Position numbers and translations under genes: made by a program. DNA of 64,000 nt from Malacoraja senta. Taxonomy: Eukaryota. Under the pieces are notes generated by a model. The model saw only the letters and a program-made list of their open reading frames with translations. It was not told where the DNA came from and did not search any database. Positions 1 to 12,565 of this stretch are shown here, piece by piece. The stretch's first letter is position 1. Every line of letters begins with the position of its first letter. The stretch is taken from the NCBI GenBank assembly GCA_038087875.1, contig CM075988.1:17982001-18046000 (forward strand), read 5' to 3'.

Positions 1-735
1 CAACAGAATATGTGAATATGTAAACGTTGTATATAACAGGAAAAAAAGAAAAAGTTCAATAAATAACAAATATAGTGCAAATAACAAATAATAATATAGT
101 CTTTTGCAGTTCAGAGCTCATGGCTTATTCGTTGTGTTTAATAGCCTGATGGCTGTGGGGAAGAAGCTGTTTCTGAACCTGGATGTTACAGTCTTCAGGC
201 TCCTGTACCTTCTTCCTGATGGCAGTGGTGAGATAAGTGTGTGGCCAGGATGGTGTGGGTCCTTGATGATTTTGGCTGCCTTTTTGAGGCAGCGACTACG
301 ATAGATCCCTTCGATGTTGGGGAGGTCAAAGCCGGTGATGGACTGGGCAGTGGTCACAACTTTTTGTAGTCTTTTTTGCTCCTGGACGTTCAAGTTGCCG
401 AACCAGGCCACGATGCAACCAGACAGAATACTCTCTACCGTGCACCTGTAGAAGTTTAGGAGAATCCTCTTCGACATGCCGAATCTCCGTAATCCTCTCA
501 GGAAGTAGAGTCACTGATGTGCCTTCTTTACAATTGCATCGGTGTGCTGGGTCCAGGAAAGATCTTCTGATATATGCACGCCCAGGAATTTGTTGACCCT
601 CTCCACCATCGTCCCGTTGATATAAACAGGATTGTGGGTCCTCATCCTTCCCCTACTAAAGTCCACAATCAGTTCCTTGGTCTTACTGATGTTGAGAGGC
701 ACCATTTGGTCAGTCGGTCGATCTCACTTCTACAC
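1..735 (-). mobile_element. Rex/Babar-type LINE, 3' fragment (RT C-terminus, DUF1891-like, and 3' UTR)
   Basis: Frameshifted ORFs with LNISKTKELIVDF, KFLGVHISEDLSW, FYRCTVESILSGCIVAWFG and RFRNSFFPTAIRLLN. Same family as 48111-48970. Confidence 0.85.
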
Positions 736-2650
736 TTCATACAGTTCTATACAAATAACTGAGTCGATGTCACTGGAGTTCCTATTGTTGTGAGGAAGTG
801 GTATCTATGTGGATATTTTTAAGAGTGCTACTTCACCACAGGAGATTTAATTGGTTCCTTTATGAAGTTTTTTCAGATACTGTTAATACTTTTAATACTT
901 CCTTTTGATGCATTTATTCAGCATTTTTAAGTATGCCATACGTGTTTCTAAAGAGATTTAACAACCTTAAATAGAATAGTTCTACAGAAGGATGACTTGT
1001 TTAAAAAAGTTATATCATTCATTTTGCGTTATTGTGGAATAGATGGAGTGAGAATTAATTATGGATTGTAATTTCATTAATATGTGTGCCTTTGCTGTCT
1101 GTAACAGAATCTTGTTTTGGGGAAAATAGTTATTTTTTTGCTTTGTGAAAATTCAATTTAAGGGCAGTCGTCAGGAATGGAACAATCGCGTAAGCCTGTA
1201 CTGAGAGATATTTAAGTCAGTCTTCTGGAAACATTACTATATTTCTTACAAATATTTGCAAATGAATTAAATAAATGTAATTGTTGGTGGACATGTACTT
1301 GGTGGGCTGAAGGGCCTGTTTCTGTGCAGTACAATTCTATGACTATGTTTTCTATATTGTACTGTGGAGCAGGCAGTGACTGGGTCAATAATATTACAGC
1401 CTTCCATTACCTCATAATTTTCCTTATGTTTGAATATAGCTCAAAGCTGCTAATACTTAATACGATAGGTTTTGTTTCACTTCCAAGAATAAGCCACACC
1501 CATTAATTGACTACAGCTAGTGTGTTCAAATATACACTGAAGATCTTGATGCCACGTCCTGTTGAAATGTGCAAATAACTTTTATGTGTTGATGAAATTG
1601 GTAAAGAAGAAATGAAATCTACTGAAAGATGACCTCCAATGCAAGCAATACTTTTCATGATCCGTATTAACCTCAGTGTTGGAAAAGCTTAACTCAGTGC
1701 CCGAGAATTTATTGAAAAGTGCTGTGTGCCACAGTGGTTGGATTTGGGCCTCAGTTAATATTATCTGCACCTCTTGTCACGATGATGCCTTTTTGATGCT
1801 AGCACTAATGGAATACAGTATTGACATAGATAGCAAATAAAGCAGCATGGAGGTTTCATATAAAATCAGCCAGTTTAAGTGGGAGAATTCCACTGAACCT
1901 GATATTGTGGATTTGGCAGCCAAGGTAGGTTTAATACTGTTTATCTTTGAAGTTAGATGGAGCACAGGGCCTGAAGAAAGTTTTGATCTACCTTGGTGTA
2001 ACTACATTAAACAAGTACATAAAGTTCGGTTCTAATAGGTTGGTGAGTTCATTGGATAGAAAAGGTTGACATTTTTAACAATAGGAATGCCAGCTGTGTT
2101 GTTTGCTTGCTTTAATGTTGGCATTGTTGTTGACATTATCTATAGACAGATACATGCAAATCCTTGTAATTTACAATGATTAGTTTTTACTGGGCTTTCT
2201 GCACTGTAGCGTAATGCTGTTAAGTTTCTATGGATCTGTTTTGTGATTATGGTATTGATTTTATTTTTATATATATTATGATGTGAGAATTGTCAAAGCT
2301 GGTGTTCCCACACAGGTCTCCCAATGTAGCTTTAATTCGAACAGATTCATTCACTATATTGAAGGAAACTGTATGGATTAAATAGAATTTAATTCCAAGT
2401 AAAGATTTGACTGGCGTCTCTCTGATTCCTTTTTATGCTTTTCACTAATGATTAGAAAACTGGTCAATTGTGCAGAACCTGTCTATTTTTTTTAATGACG
2501 TGTTAATAAAGAAAGCGATTCTGATCTCAGGCTGCTCAAACTCGGGTTTTCTAAATCATATCTTCAGCATCAAAGAGGCACTGGTGGTTTACACCTTTTA
2601 TGTCAGGAACTGTTTGGATAGCTACAATATCTCAGTAAATTTGTAAATTA

Positions 2651-2945
2651 GGGTGGACCAGTAGCATACCGGTAGAGTTGCTGACTTGCAGAGCCAGAGA
2701 CCTGGGTTCGATCCTGACTGCAGGTGCTCTCTGAACAGAGATAGTATGTTATCTCTGTGACCTCGTGGATTTCCTCCGGGTGCTCCGGTTTCCTCCCACA
2801 CTCCAAAAACGTACAGATTTGTAGGTTAATTGGCTTCTGTAAATTGTCCCTAGTGTGTAGGATTGTACTAGTGTACGGGGTGATCTTTGATCAGCGCAGA
2901 CTTGTTGGGCCGAAGGGCCTGTTTCCACGTTGTATCTCTAAAGTC
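2651..2945 (+). mobile_element. tRNA-derived V-SINE (HE1-like)
   Basis: tRNA-like head with B box GGTTCGATCC, V-domain TTTCCTCCGGGTGCTCCGGTTTCCTCCCACACTCCAAA, CR1-type tail GGGCCGAAGGGCCTGTTTCC. Confidence 0.85.
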
Positions 2946-3699
2946 GAGAACACTTCTACATTTTACAAGCTTAATTTTCAATTTTCTGGGCAAGTAGTAA
3001 TTCTGAAGCCATGCATTTCTTCTGGATGTGCAGCCCATTATGTTTAAATATTCACAATTGTAAAATGATGAGTTTCTGTTTTTAACATCATGCATTGTGG
3101 CCAGTGTCCACTATAACTGACCATCTTTGTTTGGTCTTACTGGCTTTCACTTAAGTTGTCTGAAATTCAAAGGGTTAGGAGGAGCAACGTTTCTATCTTG
3201 CCTGGTGGATTGGCTCTCAATCACATTTAAATGTGGTGTTGTTGCTGTTACTTTTATTAGATTCCTTGCAGGAGAACACCCAGAGCTCAATCAACATGTA
3301 TCGTGACATGGCAGGAAAGTGGTAAAAAAAAGGTTGAAACAAATGGTCTGATAACCATAAGGAAGTAATTGTTTGATTTCATTGGGATTCAACGTTAAAT
3401 CCTTCTGTTCTCTTCCTGGATACTCTTCCTGGACCCCACAGAGTAAGCAGCATTTAGACTAGTCATGACACTAGAAGAGACCACATATGATTCCCAATTC
3501 CAAGGAGTTGTTTCTACTCGAAAAAGATGGCATTTACTGTATACTTTCCACTTGCATTTGGCCTTCCGAAGTGCAGCACCTCACACTTGTCCAAGTTAAA
3601 CTGCATCTGCCTTCCATTTCTAGCCAGATTATCTATATCCTGCTGAACCTTGGGAGGGTTGAGGGATGGGAACTAGAGCAGCTGTTCAGCAAGTGGAGG

Positions 3700-4345
3700 T
3701 ACTGATGGGAAGGTAAAGATTATGACATGTAAGCCTGAAAGTAAGGGCAGGCAGGGACAGGTTAATTAACGTGATGAGACTGCTGGGCTGGTGAGATTAT
3801 TTGAGTGCAAAGAGTATCAGGGGTAAAACAGATAAACTCAAAGCCTGGATCAATGCATGGGACTATGACTGTGGTCATTATGGAAACTTGGTTGCAAGAG
3901 GGATAAGACTGGCTGCTCAACGTTCTAGGGTTTCTCTGTTTCAGATGTGATAGAGAGGGAGGTAAAAGAGGTGGAGCCGTTGCATTACTATTGGTGAGAA
4001 TGTCACAGTGGGATTTGGAGAGGATATAGTGAAGAGTTTATTCACATAGGCGATATGGGTAAAACTTGTATAAAAAAAAGTGCAATCACTCCAATGGAAT
4101 TAGACTATGGCCTCCCAATATTCAGCGGGAAGTGGAGAACATATGTGTGGACATATTATTGAACAGACATAGGAGCAACAGATTTGTTGTAGTGGTAATT
4201 ATAACTTTCCCAATATTGACTCGTTTATTTGAGAAGGGAAGTAAGTATAATCTGGGAAATTATAGAGCCTTACATGAGCTGTAGGGAAGCTATTGCAGAG
4301 GATTCTCAGGAACAGGAATTACTCGCATTTGGAAGAGAATGGAAG
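3700..4345 (+). mobile_element. Old CR1-type LINE fragments (endonuclease/RT region)
   Basis: Degenerate similarity to the CR1 at 42043-45229, e.g. AAGTATAATCTGGGAAATTATAGA versus AGTAAACCTAGCAATTATAGA. Confidence 0.55.
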
Positions 4346-4734
4346 AGTTAGTATGTATTTGGACAAAAATGTTGGCATTGAATTTACCAATTTCACACAA
4401 CATCCCTTCATCCCCCAACCCCCCACCACCCAGGTGCAAGTACTTTTCTCCTATCCTCAACCACCCTGCCCCTTTCCCTTCTTCTGTATGCTCATCTGCC
4501 ATCCCCGAGACCCATATTCCCTTTTATTTCCCCCCTTCTTCCTTCTCTCCTGTCTCAGTCCGTCCATATCTCTCCATCCAGCTTTACAATTCACTCCTCC
4601 TTTTGTCTCATTATCTGACACTTTTTCATCTCATTTTCACTTTGTCTTTGCTACTTACTTCACCCATCTGCTAATAAATCCCCCCCATTCCCCCTTGTAT
4701 CCACCTGAGATTAATTGCCAAGAAGAAAGTGTTT

Positions 4735-4955
4735 GACAATAGACAATAGGTGCAGGAGTAGGCCATTCGGCCCTTCACATTTAATGTGATCATGGCTGAT
4801 CATCCACAATCAGTACCCCGTTCCTGCCTTCTCACCATAATCCCCTGACTCTGCTATCTTTATGAGCTCTATCTAACTCTCTCTTGAAAGCATCCAGAGA
4901 ATTGGCCTCCACTGCCTTCTGAGGCAGAGAATTCCACAGATTCACAACTCTCTGG
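4735..4955 (-). mobile_element. CR1/HER1-like LINE 3' end
   Basis: (CAATAGA)n tail on +; encodes QRVVNLWNSLPQKAVEA. Near-identical copies at 16218, 21893, 43813 and 57909. Confidence 0.85.
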
Positions 4956-7324
4956 GCGAATTTGAGGTAAAATATTGGAGAGGAATTTTCATAAGGCAAA
5001 AAAACAGCTGGACTGTATGGAAATAGATTTTGGAGGATCATGGCAAATTGTAATGGAGAAGGATTTGTGAAGCTAGGATTATATTTCAGAGTGAAATGAA
5101 TGATTCAGAGTTGAACTATGTAACTATGATGAGATGAACTTAAAATAATGTGGTTGTAGCCTGTACTATTGCTGCCTTTTGTGCAATATAAATTTACCTC
5201 TGCAGAATTCATAAATTCTCACTCATAAATTTCAGATATGGAATAAAGTTTGTTCTCTTGGAATTTATGTGAAAAAAAGGTAAATAAATAAACCCCTATT
5301 TTTTTTTTCAATTCCCGTTTCTTTGTTGAGGTGCCAAGTCTTTGTGTTATGGGAATGTGATCCGAACCAACTTCTAAGATCGCAAACTTCCTGGAAAGTG
5401 GGGGCCAGCTGTATTTGAACTTTTTGGCACAAATATTATCAAAGATGTTTCAAGTATTTGTCGGATACTGCAGTGAAAATAACCGAGGCAATCGTACTGC
5501 ATACATTAATGCCAGAGTGATTTCATGAGAAGCTTCTGAGGTAGTAACATCTAAACCTGAGATTAGGTCAACGTGCATGATATGATACACTTTTCACACG
5601 TTGACCAAAGCAGTCATTCCCCCCTCCAGTGTAATTATTTTCTAACTATCAACAACATATAAATTAGCCATATTTTCCACTCTAGTTTAGACTGTTAAAG
5701 CAATCTGCGTTTCTGCAGTGATGTCAGACAATAACACACTCTTTAGTTTCCTTGATCTACTCAATGCTATTGTTTATTTGGTGCTCATCAAAAGTGCTTC
5801 TGGTGGGGTTTAGGAAGCCCAGAAGGAATAGGTTGCTCTGGATTCACATTTCCTGAAGTTATCCATCACTGGGGTTTACTTGATCACCCAGGCCCATTTT
5901 AAATGAATGAATAGGGATTGATTGCTATGATTAGTCATCTACATTATTGTCAGTAGGTGTATTAAATAGCCCTGAGAGACTCTGTGAGGAATCGAGTGAG
6001 TTGCTTATGGGGCAAAGTAAGTTGGCTAGTTGTTGATAGTGAGGGGAAAATGCATATTTCTCATCGTTTGCACTGTACGGTTCTTCAACAGAAACAAAGG
6101 CTTTTCCCATAGCCTTGACATGTTTGGAGTCCAGTGTAGGCAAGAGTTTCATAAAAGCTGCACTGTTTTTGCTCTGTATCTTAGTGATTTTAGCCATGAC
6201 ATTGCTGATTGCTGAGGGTTTGCATCTGAGCTTTGAGGAATTATAATATCTCTTTGACCTTTCATGTTTTGTCTGCAATAATCTAGAAATTTAAGATTGT
6301 AGAAGATTAGGATTGTGCTATCAGACGAACTGGATGCCAGCTAGTCAGTACATCAGCTGGTCAGATTGTAGATTGGAAGATGTTCATACGACACAGAACG
6401 TAGAGCAGTGCCTTTACTGCGAGTGCTTGCATGGGAGGGAAGTCTGGGGTTTTGGGAATCGAGCGGAGATGTGGAGCTGAGGTCAAAGATCAAATGGGCT
6501 GTGATCTTAATGAGTGCAGAGCAGTCTGAGATCTGAAGTGCCAACTTCTGCTTTTATTTCCTCTTTCAATGCAAAATTATCCAAGGTGTTTTAAAAGGGA
6601 AACAAATTTAAGGGAAAAAGGAAACAAAATTAAGAACTGAACACCAAGCTGTGGAAGTGGAAGAGGGATATAAAGCTATGGATAGACACAAAAAGCTGGA
6701 GTAACTCAGCGGGTCAGGCAGCATCTCTGGAGAGAAGGAATGGATGACGTTTCAGGTCGTGACCCTTCTTCAACCATCGGCTTCTATTGCACTAATGTTA
6801 TGCATCAGACCAGCCTGGTGCCAGATCCTCTGTCATCGCTGGAGTAGCAGAGAGGTTTTTAATTGAAAGGTACAGCATGAAAACAGGCCCTTCAGCCCAC
6901 CTAGTCCACGCCGACCATCAATCACCCATACGCACTAGTTCTGTGTTATCCCACTATCGCATCCACAGGGCTCTCGCTTAACTTTTTTTCCCTGTTGCCA
7001 GCCGGGCAACCTCGGCAGCTTTTTAGGTTGCCAAATGACAGTTTAGGTGGTCATTTAAGACGGCTGGCATGACGTGTGCGATAATGTGCTCGGACGAAGT
7101 GCGTAGTTACCAGTCGGAATTATGGTCAATGAAGCATTCACATATTATTTCTGCTTCAAATAAAGTGGCAAACTAGACATATTCACCAATCAAGACATGA
7201 TATATACCACAATGACAAGCAGCAAAATTACAATACAGTATCTTATCTCTTTTTACACGTTGCAATGAATGCAATTTCTATTATCTCTTTCCACTTCCAA
7301 ATAAAAATATGGTTATTCAGCGTA

Positions 7325-7952
7325 TGATCAACCTCGGTGAGACCAAGCGCAGTCTTGGCGATAACTTCGCACAACACCTCCACTCAGTTCGCAATAACCA
7401 ACCTGATCTCCCGGTGGCTCAGCACTTCAACTCCCCCTCCCATTCCGAATCCGACCTTTCTGTCCTGGGCCTCCTCCATGGCCAGAGTGAGGCCCACTGC
7501 AAATTGGAGGAACAGCACCTCATATTTTGCTTGGGTAGTTTACACCCCAGCAGTATGAATATTACTTCTCCAATTTCAGGTAGTCCTTGCTTTCTCCCTC
7601 CTTCCCCTCCCATTCCCAGCTCTCCCACAGCCTACTATCTCCGCCTCGTCCTTTCTTTTTCCCGACCCCCACCCCTCCCGACATCAGTCTGAAGAAGGGT
7701 CTCGACCCGAAACGTCGCCTATTGGGCAGTTTACACCCCAGCGGTATGAACATTGATCTCCAATTTCAGGTAGTCCCTACTTTCCTCTCCGCTTCCCAGC
7801 TCTCCCTCAGCCCACTGTCTCCGCCCCTTCCTTTCTTCTTCCCGCACCCTCACATCAGTCTGAAGAAGGGTCTCGACCCGAAACGTCGCCTATTTCCTTC
7901 ACTCCATAGATGCTGCCTCACCTGCTGAGTTTCTCCAGCATTTTTGTCTACC
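7325..7952 (+). mobile_element. Penelope-like element 3' fragment (GIY-YIG C-terminus plus partially tandem terminal repeat)
   Basis: GETKRSLGDNFAQHLHSVRNNQPDLPVAQHFNSPSH...LEEQHLIF. Same family as 34365-35335. Terminal unit duplicated (7531-7723 and 7722-7894). Confidence 0.85.
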
Positions 7953-7954
7953 CA

Positions 7955-8178
7955 TTCACACAAGTTCTGTTATCCCACTTTCCTCACCCACTCCCTGCAC
8001 ATTAGGGGCAATTTTACAGGGACAAGTTAACCTACAATGCCAATGCGTCTTTGGGATGTGGGAGGAAACCCACATACTTGCAGGGAGAATGTGCAAATTC
8101 AACACAGACAGTGCCCGAGAACAGGATCGAACACAGATCTCTGGCGTGTGAGGCAGCAAGTCCACCAGCTGTGCCACT
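7955..8178 (-). mobile_element. V-SINE copy
   Basis: Reverse complement of the V-domain (GTCTTTGGGATGTGGGAGGAAACC) and of the tRNA-like head (GGATCGAAC). Confidence 0.75.
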
Positions 8179-8327
8179 ATATTTTATTTTCCAACACACA
8201 AAAAATTATACGTTGATAACTTTGGTTACAAAAAAAAAAGGAACTATCCATTTTCAGTCTTAAATCTCTAAGTGACGCTATGTCCCCCTTTACAGCTACT
8301 GTATGTTTTAATTCAGTTCAAGGCAAT

Positions 8328-8645
8328 TGGGGCAGTACATTGGCCAGAAAGTTGCTGCTTAAAATTGCCAGAGACTCAGAATTAATCCTGGATATGGGTG
8401 CTGTCTGTATGGAGTTTTGTTTTCTCGTTTATAACATTGTTTACAGAGTACTATGTTTACATATTCTGTTGTGCTGCTGCAAGTAAGGATTTCATTGTTC
8501 TAACTGGGACGTGAGAGAATAAAAGACTCTTGACTCTTTACTTACATCTCTGATGTGTGGGATAGAACTAGAGTACGGGTGGTCGGCGTGGACTCGGTGG
8601 GCCGAAGGGCCTGTTTCCACGCTGTATCTTTAAATTAAACTAAAA
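8328..8645 (+). mobile_element. Degenerate V-SINE interrupted by a Rex-type 3' tail (about 8420-8540)
   Basis: SINE head at 8328-8417, SINE tail GGGCCGAAGGGCCTGTTTCC near 8600, and between them the Rex 3' motif GCTGCAAGTAAGGATTTCATTGTTC. Confidence 0.6.
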
Positions 8646-8850
8646 ACACTAAAACCAGAGGAAATGTAAAGAAGTTTTTCTACCCAAAACATCACCCAAT
8701 TTCTTCTATCCAGAGATGCTGGCTGCTCCAATGAGTTCCCCCGCATAATTAAAGCATGGAATAGTCTTCACCCTACCATAGGTACCAACCAGACGCAACT
8801 AAATTTAAGGTAGCTTTTTTTTCCCCAAGAACCCTTTTTTGCTTAAATCC

Positions 8851-9430
8851 AAGTCAAGAGTCAAGAGAGTTTTATTGTCATGTGTCCCAGATAGGGCAAT
8901 GAAATTCTAGCTTGCTGCAGCACAACAGAATATGTGAACATAATACAGAACAGGAGATAAAAGTTCAGTGTGTCTATATACCATAGACCATATATATCAC
9001 AGTCTATCATATCTATCACAGTCGCTGCCTCAAAAAGGCTGGCAGTATCATCAAGGACCCACACCATCTTGGCCACACACTCATCTCCCTACTATCTTCA
9101 GGTAGAAGGTACAGGAGCCTGAAGACTGCAACGACCAGGTTCAGGAATAGCTACTTTCCCACAGCCATCAGGCTATTAAACCTGGCTCGGACATAACACT
9201 GAACTTTATTAGCCAATACTGTTATTTGCACTTTATCAGTATATTGATTCATGTGTGTATATATTTATAGAATGCCTTGTAGTCAATGCCTACTATGTTC
9301 TGTTGTACTGAAGCAAAGCAAGAATTTCATTGTCCTATCAGGGACACATGACAATAAACTCACTTGACTTGACGATATACACAATAAATAAACAGATAAA
9401 ATACAATAGGCTGTTATTTTTCAGAGTTTG
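8851..9430. mobile_element. Nested Rex/Babar 3' ends: + copy (about 9011-9373) inside a - strand 3' UTR
   Basis: 8851-9000 plus 9374-9430 rejoin to match 48111-48300. The inner piece reads SRCLKKAGSIIKDP... and ends AATAAACTCACTTGACTTGAC. Confidence 0.7.
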
Positions 9431-10559
9431 GAGTTTGGTGGTGGTGGGTCCACCAGTTTAAATTCAATTTCGAATATTTTTGGAGGACCAGGAAACCAAG
9501 AAGCAAGAGTTACTCCAGGGAGTTACTCCAGCTCCAGGGAGTGATTCTGCGTTGTTTTTCAGTGGTCGCGGTGAGCAGCGACTGGACAGCAATGGCGGCC
9601 AGAACTCCCACAATGCAAAGGGAGGGAGAAAGTGGCTGACGCTGACCAGTTGCCGTGGCAGTGCGCATGTGCAGGGCTGCACATGCGCACAACCACGGCC
9701 GATGATGTGCTGGCCATGGCAGTGCGCATGTATAAGGCGGCCGGCCGTGCTGAGCGGTGACCCGAGAGCTGAGATCCGAGACCCGGACACGGATGGCATG
9801 CGTAGACGGAGATTGACAGAGAGAGAGAGATAGAGAGGGGGGCCGCTCAGAATTAAACGCTAGGTATCCCGGTTGCTTGCCAAGCCGGGCAAAATGGCAT
9901 GGCTTTTAGGTTGCCCGGCGGGACTGTAAGTTGCCATTGGCACCCGGGCAACCGCTAATTTCGAGCCCTGATCCACTCCCAACACAGTAGGGGACATTTT
10001 GCAGAGACCAACTAACCTACAAACCCGCAGGTCTTTGGGATGTAGTAGGACACTGGGGCACCCAGAAGAAACCCAAAAGGTCACAGGGAGAATGTGCAAT
10101 CTCCATAAAGATAGCACTTAAAGTCAAGATCGAATTTGTGCTCTGTCGTTGTGAAGAAGCACGTTACCAGCTGCACTAGGTTTGGACAAGTTGGTACTAG
10201 TATAAAGTGGCAATGGCCAACACATATTCTAGCCCAATATTGTTCAATTCTTTATCAGCAGCAATTTATTTTGTTTTTAAGGCAATCTAATTTTCCAAGC
10301 TTTTAGACTAGGATTAACGATAGCATTATACATCACAATTTTTTCCTTATTAGTTGGAGACAGAGTCAGCGAGCAGGCTATTGATGAACATATGCTGCTT
10401 CACAGTACTTTCAACAACACCTTCCTCTACTTTAACTGATGGGTTATAATTACAAAGAAGGTCAAGGGAAATATTAACGTGGTTGACAACACAGGTCAAG
10501 ACATATAATGTGGGAAGGTCTAGTGGATATTAAGAGTGTTGGGAATCTTAAAAAAAAAA

Positions 10560-11415
10560 ACAGAGGGAGAGATTGAAAAGATAATAAAGCAGAATATTTA
10601 TTATGAAAGAAAACTGTCAGTGAATATGTGTCCCTGGGTTTTCAGAATGCCTTCGATAAAGTCCTACATAAGAGGTTAGTGTACAAAGTTAAGGAACATA
10701 ACCTTGAGGATAATATACTGACATGCACTGAAAATTGATATACAGCCAGGAGGCAGAGTAGAAACAAATAGGTCTTTTGCAGAGATAAAATATGTAGTCA
10801 GAATCTTTTTTCCCATGGTAATGGTATAAAAAAATAAGGCTATAAATTTAGGGTGAGAGGAAGGAGCATTGAAGGGGATCTGAATGGTAAGATTTTTTTC
10901 CCCACAGAAGTGCTTGATATCTGGAACTTGTCAAAGGCGGTTGTGGAATTGGATACAGACACTGCATTGAAGAGACATTCAGACATTTGCTTAAACAGGC
11001 AAAGACATAGAAGAATATGGACCTGGTACAGGCAAGTGGAAGTGGTGTATTCAGGCAAAAAGGTCAGCATGGACGTGGTTGAAGGTCCCACTTTTGTGCT
11101 GTAAGGCTCTGTCTCTGTAAATAAGGTCAGAAACTTGGTTGAGATATTTCCACCTGAGGGCAAATCTGGAACAAGGGTATATAATTACAAGGATAGGAAC
11201 AGTCATTGAAAACGGAGATGCCCTGGAACTTCTCACCGAGAGCGGTGAATCTCTAAAGCTCAGCCTGGAGGGTTACCGAGGCAAAATCATCACAAGGTAT
11301 TTAAAGAGCCGGGAACTGGCACAGAATAGGAGATGAGGCATGAGCAGATCAACCGTGATAGTATTGAATGGCGTGAGGGGCCAAGTGGTCTACTCTTCTC
11401 TTTTGTTATGTTCTT
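10560..11415 (+). mobile_element. Old CR1-type fragments
   Basis: Degenerate AFDKV.. and FFPTEVLDIWNLSKAVVE motifs with CR1-type tails. Confidence 0.55.
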
Positions 11416-12049
11416 AGCCAGATTTGTCCTGCTTGTTGTGTCCATGATTTAACTGCACAATGTTCCACATAGTATGATGGATGGCACTATGTTAACCAAC
11501 CTGCAATAGCTTGGTGAGTGGTGTTGGTGCCATTACCTTTGCTGTATCTGTACTTTCAGCAGCATCTTGACGTCACATGACTGAATCAAGACTGAAAATT
11601 CTGAAAACCTCAGCAAGCCAGGTAGCATCTGCTTAAGTGGAACTGTTATCCTTTCAGCTCTGAGAGCCATCGTTAGAACCGAAAAATAGGTCAGGTTTCT
11701 CTCCTGATGAAGGGTCCCAGATCTGAAACATTACCTGTTTCTCTTTCACAGCTGCTGCCTGATCTGCTGGGTTTGCGAGTGTTTTCTGATTTTATTTCAG
11801 AATTCCAGCGCCTGCCTTATTTTTCTTTTGATTTTCAAAACCTGCTGGCTGGCTTCATGATGGGGGTGGCTTTGCAGGAGGACGTCAGCGTGGATGATCT
11901 ACTCTATACCTCTGTTTCTATAAAGACTATGTAGTCACGGGTTAAAGCTGCAACAGGGAGTGTCGTCCTAAATATGCGATCTGGTAGGTTTATCCCTTCG
12001 GTGAGTTCACTCACCATCTGCTGCTGGCCCAGTTTCAAAAGAGCGAGTG

Positions 12050-12565
12050 AAGGGTGTTTAATTGTCATATGTGCCGGCAACAGAACAATGAAGTTCTAAC
12101 TCGTTGCAACTTAACAAGCCCATTTAAGCAATATCACACAAATAAATATATAATAATCAATAACACAATAAATTAATAATTGTCATGCAAGGTAACCACA
12201 AAAGTGGAAAATAAAGTCTGTAATGCAACCAAAGACACAATTTACAGCAGATCATAGTTGCTGAAGTAAGTGTTGTGCAGTGTTCAAGATGGTTGCTGGG
12301 TAGAAGCTGTTCTTGAACCTGGAGTTCACAGTTTTCAGGATCCTGTACCTTCTTCCCGATGGTAGCAGGGAATAGTGTGGCCAGGGAGGTGTGGGTCTTT
12401 GATGATACTTGTGGTGTTTTTGAGGCAGGGGCCTCCAATAGATCACTTCGATGGTGGAGAGGTCAGTACCCCTGATAGTCCAGGCAGTGTCTACCACTCT
12501 ATGTAAGCTCCTTTGTTCCTGGGTGTTCGTGTTACCGAACCAGGCAGTGATGCAACCAGTCAGTT
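12050..12565 (-). mobile_element. Rex/Babar LINE 3' fragment
   Basis: LLPSGRRYRILKTVNSRFKNSFYPA, similar to 1-735. Confidence 0.75.

Larger units (their letters stand above)
6966..9970. mobile_element. Non-autonomous DNA transposon with CAGGGCTC...GAGCCCTG termini and 5-bp TSD ATCCA (hAT5-like)
   Basis: ATCCA at 6961-6965 and 9971-9975; 8-bp perfect terminal inverted repeat; subterminal GTTGCC/GGCAAC motifs at both ends; no transposase ORF. Confidence 0.75.
6860..10175 (-). mobile_element. V-SINE split in two (about 6860-6965 and 9971-10175) by a 3-kb insertion
   Basis: Joining ...TTATCCCACTATCGCATCCA to CTCCCAACACAGTAGGGGACATTTT... restores the sequence seen intact at 7970-8020. Confidence 0.8.

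Noticed and set aside
2651..2730. tRNA-like sequence with A/B boxes (also at 17455 and 60650)
   Set aside because: Heads of tRNA-derived SINEs continuing into the V-domain and LINE tail; no complete cloverleaf.
5931..6278. 115-aa minus-strand ORF
   Set aside because: No recognisable domain; AT-rich intron-like DNA.
9506..9545. Short GAGTTACTCCAG tandem
   Set aside because: Two to three copies of a motif also found in Penelope ends; ordinary slippage.
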